Part shown: piece by piece, positions 48,314 to 50,855 of the stretch
How the letters are laid out: every line of letters starts with the position of its first letter
Position numbering within the stretch: the stretch's first letter is position 1
Source: an uncultured Thermoplasmatales archaeon
GTDB lineage: Archaea > Thermoplasmatota > E2 > DHVEG-1
Assembly: GCA_964391625.1 (NCBI GenBank)
Contig: CAYMMP010000002.1
Span: 1-50,855, forward strand
Direction of reading: 5' to 3'
DNA length: 50,855 nt
Notes under the pieces: model-generated
The model's input: the letters and a program-made list of their open reading frames with translations, nothing else
Database searches by the model: none
Told to the model about the DNA's origin: nothing
Position numbers and translations under genes: made by a program

Positions 48314-48937
48314 ATGTCAGAGTATGACTATAAAAATCTATTAAAAAAGATAATCGAGAGTACACCAAAAAAAGAGATAGTTGAAGATAGATTTAAATTA
48401 CCTAAAGCCGAAATATTTTATGAGGGTAATACAACTGTAATCAAAAATTTTGATAAAATAGCTGATGCAATTAACCGAACTCCAGATTTAATTCTCAAGT
48501 TTCTTCTAGGTGGCGTAGGCACTGCTGGGGAACTTGTTGGGACTAGAGTTGTTTTTCAAGGAAAAATACCTGCCAAAAGTATTCAAGATAAAATCAAAGA
48601 GTACATTGACACCTATGTTATGTGTTCTGAATGCAATAGACCCGACACACATCTTGTTAAACAAGGTAGGACCATTCTAATAAGATGTGATGCATGTGGT
48701 GCTGTTCGTTCTGTCAAATCCCGTAAAAGAAAAACGATTCAACAACCGTCCGATACTTTAAAAGAAGGCAATGTTTATGATTTAACAATCAAAGATATCG
48801 GTAAAAAAGGAGATGGAATTGCGTATTATGACAAATACACAATCTATGTATCTGGAGCTGTAAAGGGATCTGCAGTCAAAGTAAAGATAGACAAGATTTC
48901 TGGTACTGTTGCATTCGGAAGAATTGTAGAAGTATAA
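48314..48937 (+). CDS. eif2b: Translation initiation factor 2 subunit beta fused to a C-terminal TRAM domain
   Basis: The aIF2-beta core has the zinc ribbon CSECNRPDTHL...RCDACGA. The last roughly 57 aa (EGNVYDLTIKDIGKKGDGIAYYDKYTIYVSGAVKGSAVKVKIDKI...) look like a TRAM barrel. Confidence 0.85.
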   Translation: MSEYDYKNLLKKIIESTPKKEIVEDRFKLPKAEIFYEGNTTVIKNFDKIADAINRTPDLILKFLLGGVGTAGELVGTRVVFQGKIPAKSIQDKIKEYIDTYVMCSECNRPDTHLVKQGRTILIRCDACGAVRSVKSRKRKTIQQPSDTLKEGNVYDLTIKDIGKKGDGIAYYDKYTIYVSGAVKGSAVKVKIDKISGTVAFGRIVEV

Positions 48938-49019
48938 ACCTGCATAAGTACCTGCATATTTACCTAAGTAAATTTTATAGAAAATTATTTAAATATAACC
49001 ACGGATTCATTTTTACGTT

Positions 49020-49093
49020 TGTCAGACAAAAGACATAATTTGTCGTTTGTTATATGTCACAAACACGACAAAAGAGTGTCAATATGACAAAAC
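49020..49093. promoter_or_regulatory. Cluster of TGTC/GACA half-sites and three GACAAAA(G/C) repeats upstream of the cdrS-like gene
   Basis: The sites are TGTC-N8-GACA (49020-49035), TGTC-N8-GACA (49055-49070) and TGTC-N5-GACA (49077-49089). GACAAAAG occurs at 49025 and 49067, and GACAAAAC at 49086. Confidence 0.45.
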
Positions 49094-49107
49094 AAATGTG
49101 AGGAGAA

Positions 49108-49335
49108 ATGGAAACCCAACGTATGACGATAAGATTGCCGAAGCGGCATATAAACTCCATTGACATGTTAATTAGAACTGGAGAATTTGCCACTCGTTCT
49201 GAGGTAATCCGCCATGCGATTAATTATTTTATTAAAAGAAAAGCCGAAAGTATAATTGAAGAGGCAGATAAAATAAAAAAAGTGCAAGACTTGAATTTTG
49301 AAATGGAATCCATTGAACCTTACACAAAGAAATGA
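49108..49335 (+). CDS. Ribbon-helix-helix (CopG-like) regulator, CdrS-like by position upstream of ftsZ
   Basis: MTIRLPKRHINSIDMLIRTGEFATRSEVIRHAINYFI is a classic RHH. It has GAGGAG 5 nt upstream of the ATG, and ftsZ lies 100 bp downstream on the same strand. Confidence 0.7.
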   Translation: METQRMTIRLPKRHINSIDMLIRTGEFATRSEVIRHAINYFIKRKAESIIEEADKIKKVQDLNFEMESIEPYTKK

Positions 49336-49346
49336 TGGTAAAAAAT

Positions 49347-49414
49347 TAGGAGGGGATGGGATGCACCCCAAATTGAAGGGCGCCTTGGGGATGGGCGCTC
49401 TTCAAACTACCAGC
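49347..49414. repeat. Conserved intergenic element, copy 2, with inserted 10-bp GC-rich hairpin
   Basis: The 20-mer is at 49347-49366 and the 11-mer at 49404-49414. The hairpin pairs GAAGGGCGCC (49375-49384) with GGCGCTCTTC (49394-49403) around the loop TTGGGGATG. Confidence 0.5.
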
Positions 49415-49435
49415 ATATTAAGGAGGAAATAAGGG

Positions 49436-50548
49436 ATGAAAGAAAATCATAATATGGAAAGTTTTATTGCTGAAGCAATAGAGAATAAAGTAGAAGAGGA
49501 AAGCAGGTTTGGAAACACAGATGATTTATTTGGCATACCGCAGATCACAATAGTTGGATGTGGAGGTGCCGGTGGTAATACAATAACAAGACTAAATAAA
49601 CTTGGCGTAAAAGGTGCAAAGACAATTGCCATAAATACCGATAAGCAAGCTCTAGATCTTGTTGAAGCAGATCACAAGATTCTAGTTGGGAATACCTTGA
49701 CACGAGGACTTGGAGCTGGAGGTTTTCCAGAAGTTGCAGAGCGTGCCGCACGTGAATCTGCTCATGAAATAGAAGCATTGGTAAAAGATTCGGATTTAGT
49801 TTTTATAACCGCAGGTATGGGTGGAGGTACTGGAACTGGTACAGCACCCGTTGTTGCTGAAATTGCAAGAAAACACAATGCAATTGTAACCTGCATGGTA
49901 TCAACCCCATTTAATGTTGAGAGAGCAAGACTCATCAAAGCAGATGAAGGTCTTGACAAACTAAGGATGAAAGCCGACAGTACTGTTGTATTAGACAACA
50001 ATAGGCTTTTAGAATTCGTCCCAAATCTTCCAATTAACCAAGCGTTTTCTGTTATGGATCAAATGATAGCAGAAACCGTAAAAGGAATTTCTGAAACAAT
50101 TACTCTACCCTCCCTAATAAACCTAGATTATGCTGATATGAAAGCCATAATGGGAACTGGTGGACTGTCAGTCATGCTTTGGGGAGAAGCAGAGGAAGAT
50201 GCTGGAGTTGAAGAGATAGTACAAGAAGCATTAAACCATCCGTTATTAAATGTAAATTATAAGGGGGCAAATGGTGCTCTTGTACATATAACTGGTGGAC
50301 CAAACATGAGTCTGAAGTATGTGCAAGACGTTGCAAAAGCATTAACTGAAGATCTTGACTGCTACTCAAATGTAATTCTAGGTGCAAGAGTAATACCTGA
50401 ATTTGAGGGTAAATGCAGAGTAATGGCAATAATGACTGGTGTAGAGTCGCCAAACTTACTTGGACCGAACGCAGCATCTATGCCAAGAGAAAAACAAGTA
50501 GCACAAGCAATTACAAGCTCAAAAGTAGACATTGATTTTGTAAGATAA
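49436..50548 (+). CDS. ftsZ: Cell division GTPase FtsZ (FtsZ2-type inferred only from cdrS-like synteny)
   Basis: It has [10 protein letters not shown] and [18 protein letters not shown] tubulin signatures, with AGGAGG upstream of the ATG. Confidence 0.9.
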   Translation: MKENHNMESFIAEAIENKVEEESRFGNTDDLFGIPQITIVGCGGAGGNTITRLNKLGVKGAKTIAINTDKQALDLVEADHKILVGNTLTRGLGAGGFPEVAERAARESAHEIEALVKDSDLVFITAGMGGGTGTGTAPVVAEIARKHNAIVTCMVSTPFNVERARLIKADEGLDKLRMKADSTVVLDNNRLLEFVPNLPINQAFSVMDQMIAETVKGISETITLPSLINLDYADMKAIMGTGGLSVMLWGEAEEDAGVEEIVQEALNHPLLNVNYKGANGALVHITGGPNMSLKYVQDVAKALTEDLDCYSNVILGARVIPEFEGKCRVMAIMTGVESPNLLGPNAASMPREKQVAQAITSSKVDIDFVR

Positions 50549-50562
50549 ACAAAATCAATTTT

Positions 50563-50855
50563 TTAATTTTTTATTATTGTTCCATTAAATTTTTGGCCAG
50601 TGATGGCTTTCTCAAGTTCGTCTAATTTTTTTCCGTTCAAAACAAAAGTAGGAATCTTAGCTCTGCTAATGATTTCCAGAGCAGGCCCGTCGATCACCGT
50701 GTTCTTACCAGCAGATTCCCATCCAGTACCATGCTCTTTAATTAGCTGTCTAATTGAGATTTCATCCAATTTTTTTGCATCTGAATGTTTGTTAGGATCC
50801 TTGTCATAAACTCCATCTACGTTTGTTGCAATAATATATTTAGATGCCTTCGTTT
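50563..50855 (-). CDS. pyrH: Uridylate kinase, C-terminal part; 5' end runs off the window
   Basis: The track ORF begins at an internal TTG. The frame stays open to the window edge and reads ...KYIIATNVDGVYDKDPNKHSDAKKLDEIS..., typical of archaeal UMP kinase. Confidence 0.8.
   Translation of the reverse strand, partial: TKASKYIIATNVDGVYDKDPNKHSDAKKLDEISIRQLIKEHGTGWESAGKNTVIDGPALEIISRAKIPTFVLNGKKLDELEKAITGQKFNGTIIKN

Overview
This is a visibly AT-rich archaeal chromosomal segment using the standard genetic code (TAA, TAG and TGA all act as stops). It is densely packed, with about 50 protein genes and one intron-containing tRNA. Archaeal identity rests on the L7Ae-S28e-L24e ribosomal operon, aIF2-gamma/PIN/S6e, aIF2-beta, an Sm protein, RadB, PheRS-beta, a split transketolase and a CdrS-like RHH gene followed by ftsZ. 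The aIF2-beta-TRAM fusion, the cdrS-ftsZ pairing, hutH/hutU, carbamate kinase and several secreted peptidases fit a heterotrophic euryarchaeote, possibly Thermoplasmatota-like, but that placement is only a guess. I saw no CRISPR array, rRNA, transposase or integrase. The most system-like content not explained by housekeeping is a tight co-directional operon at about 37.6-44.7 kb. It encodes three divergent UbiA-type prenyltransferases, a geranylgeranyl-reductase-type flavoenzyme, a CrtI/CrtD-type desaturase, a CruF-like 'carotenoid biosynthesis protein' membrane protein, a small membrane protein and an RHH-like protein. I read it as an undescribed isoprenoid (pigment, lipid or quinone) tailoring pathway. 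Other points worth a second look: (1) a G-rich conserved intergenic element present in two exact copies (34.5 kb and 49.35 kb), one enclosed by a long stem and the other carrying an inserted GC hairpin just upstream of ftsZ; (2) TGTC/GACA operator-like repeats upstream of the cdrS-like gene; (3) a HAD phosphatase plus two glycosyltransferases that resemble a glycosyl-glycerate compatible-solute cassette; (4) a roughly 1860-aa sequon-rich surface protein with a 73-nt perfect internal repeat; (5) a dsRBD-less RNase III with an Asp-to-Asn change at a catalytic position; (6) a histidine ammonia-lyase with Ala-Cys-Gly instead of Ala-Ser-Gly at the MIO position. All coordinates were indexed by hand and all family assignments come from motif recognition by eye, not searches.
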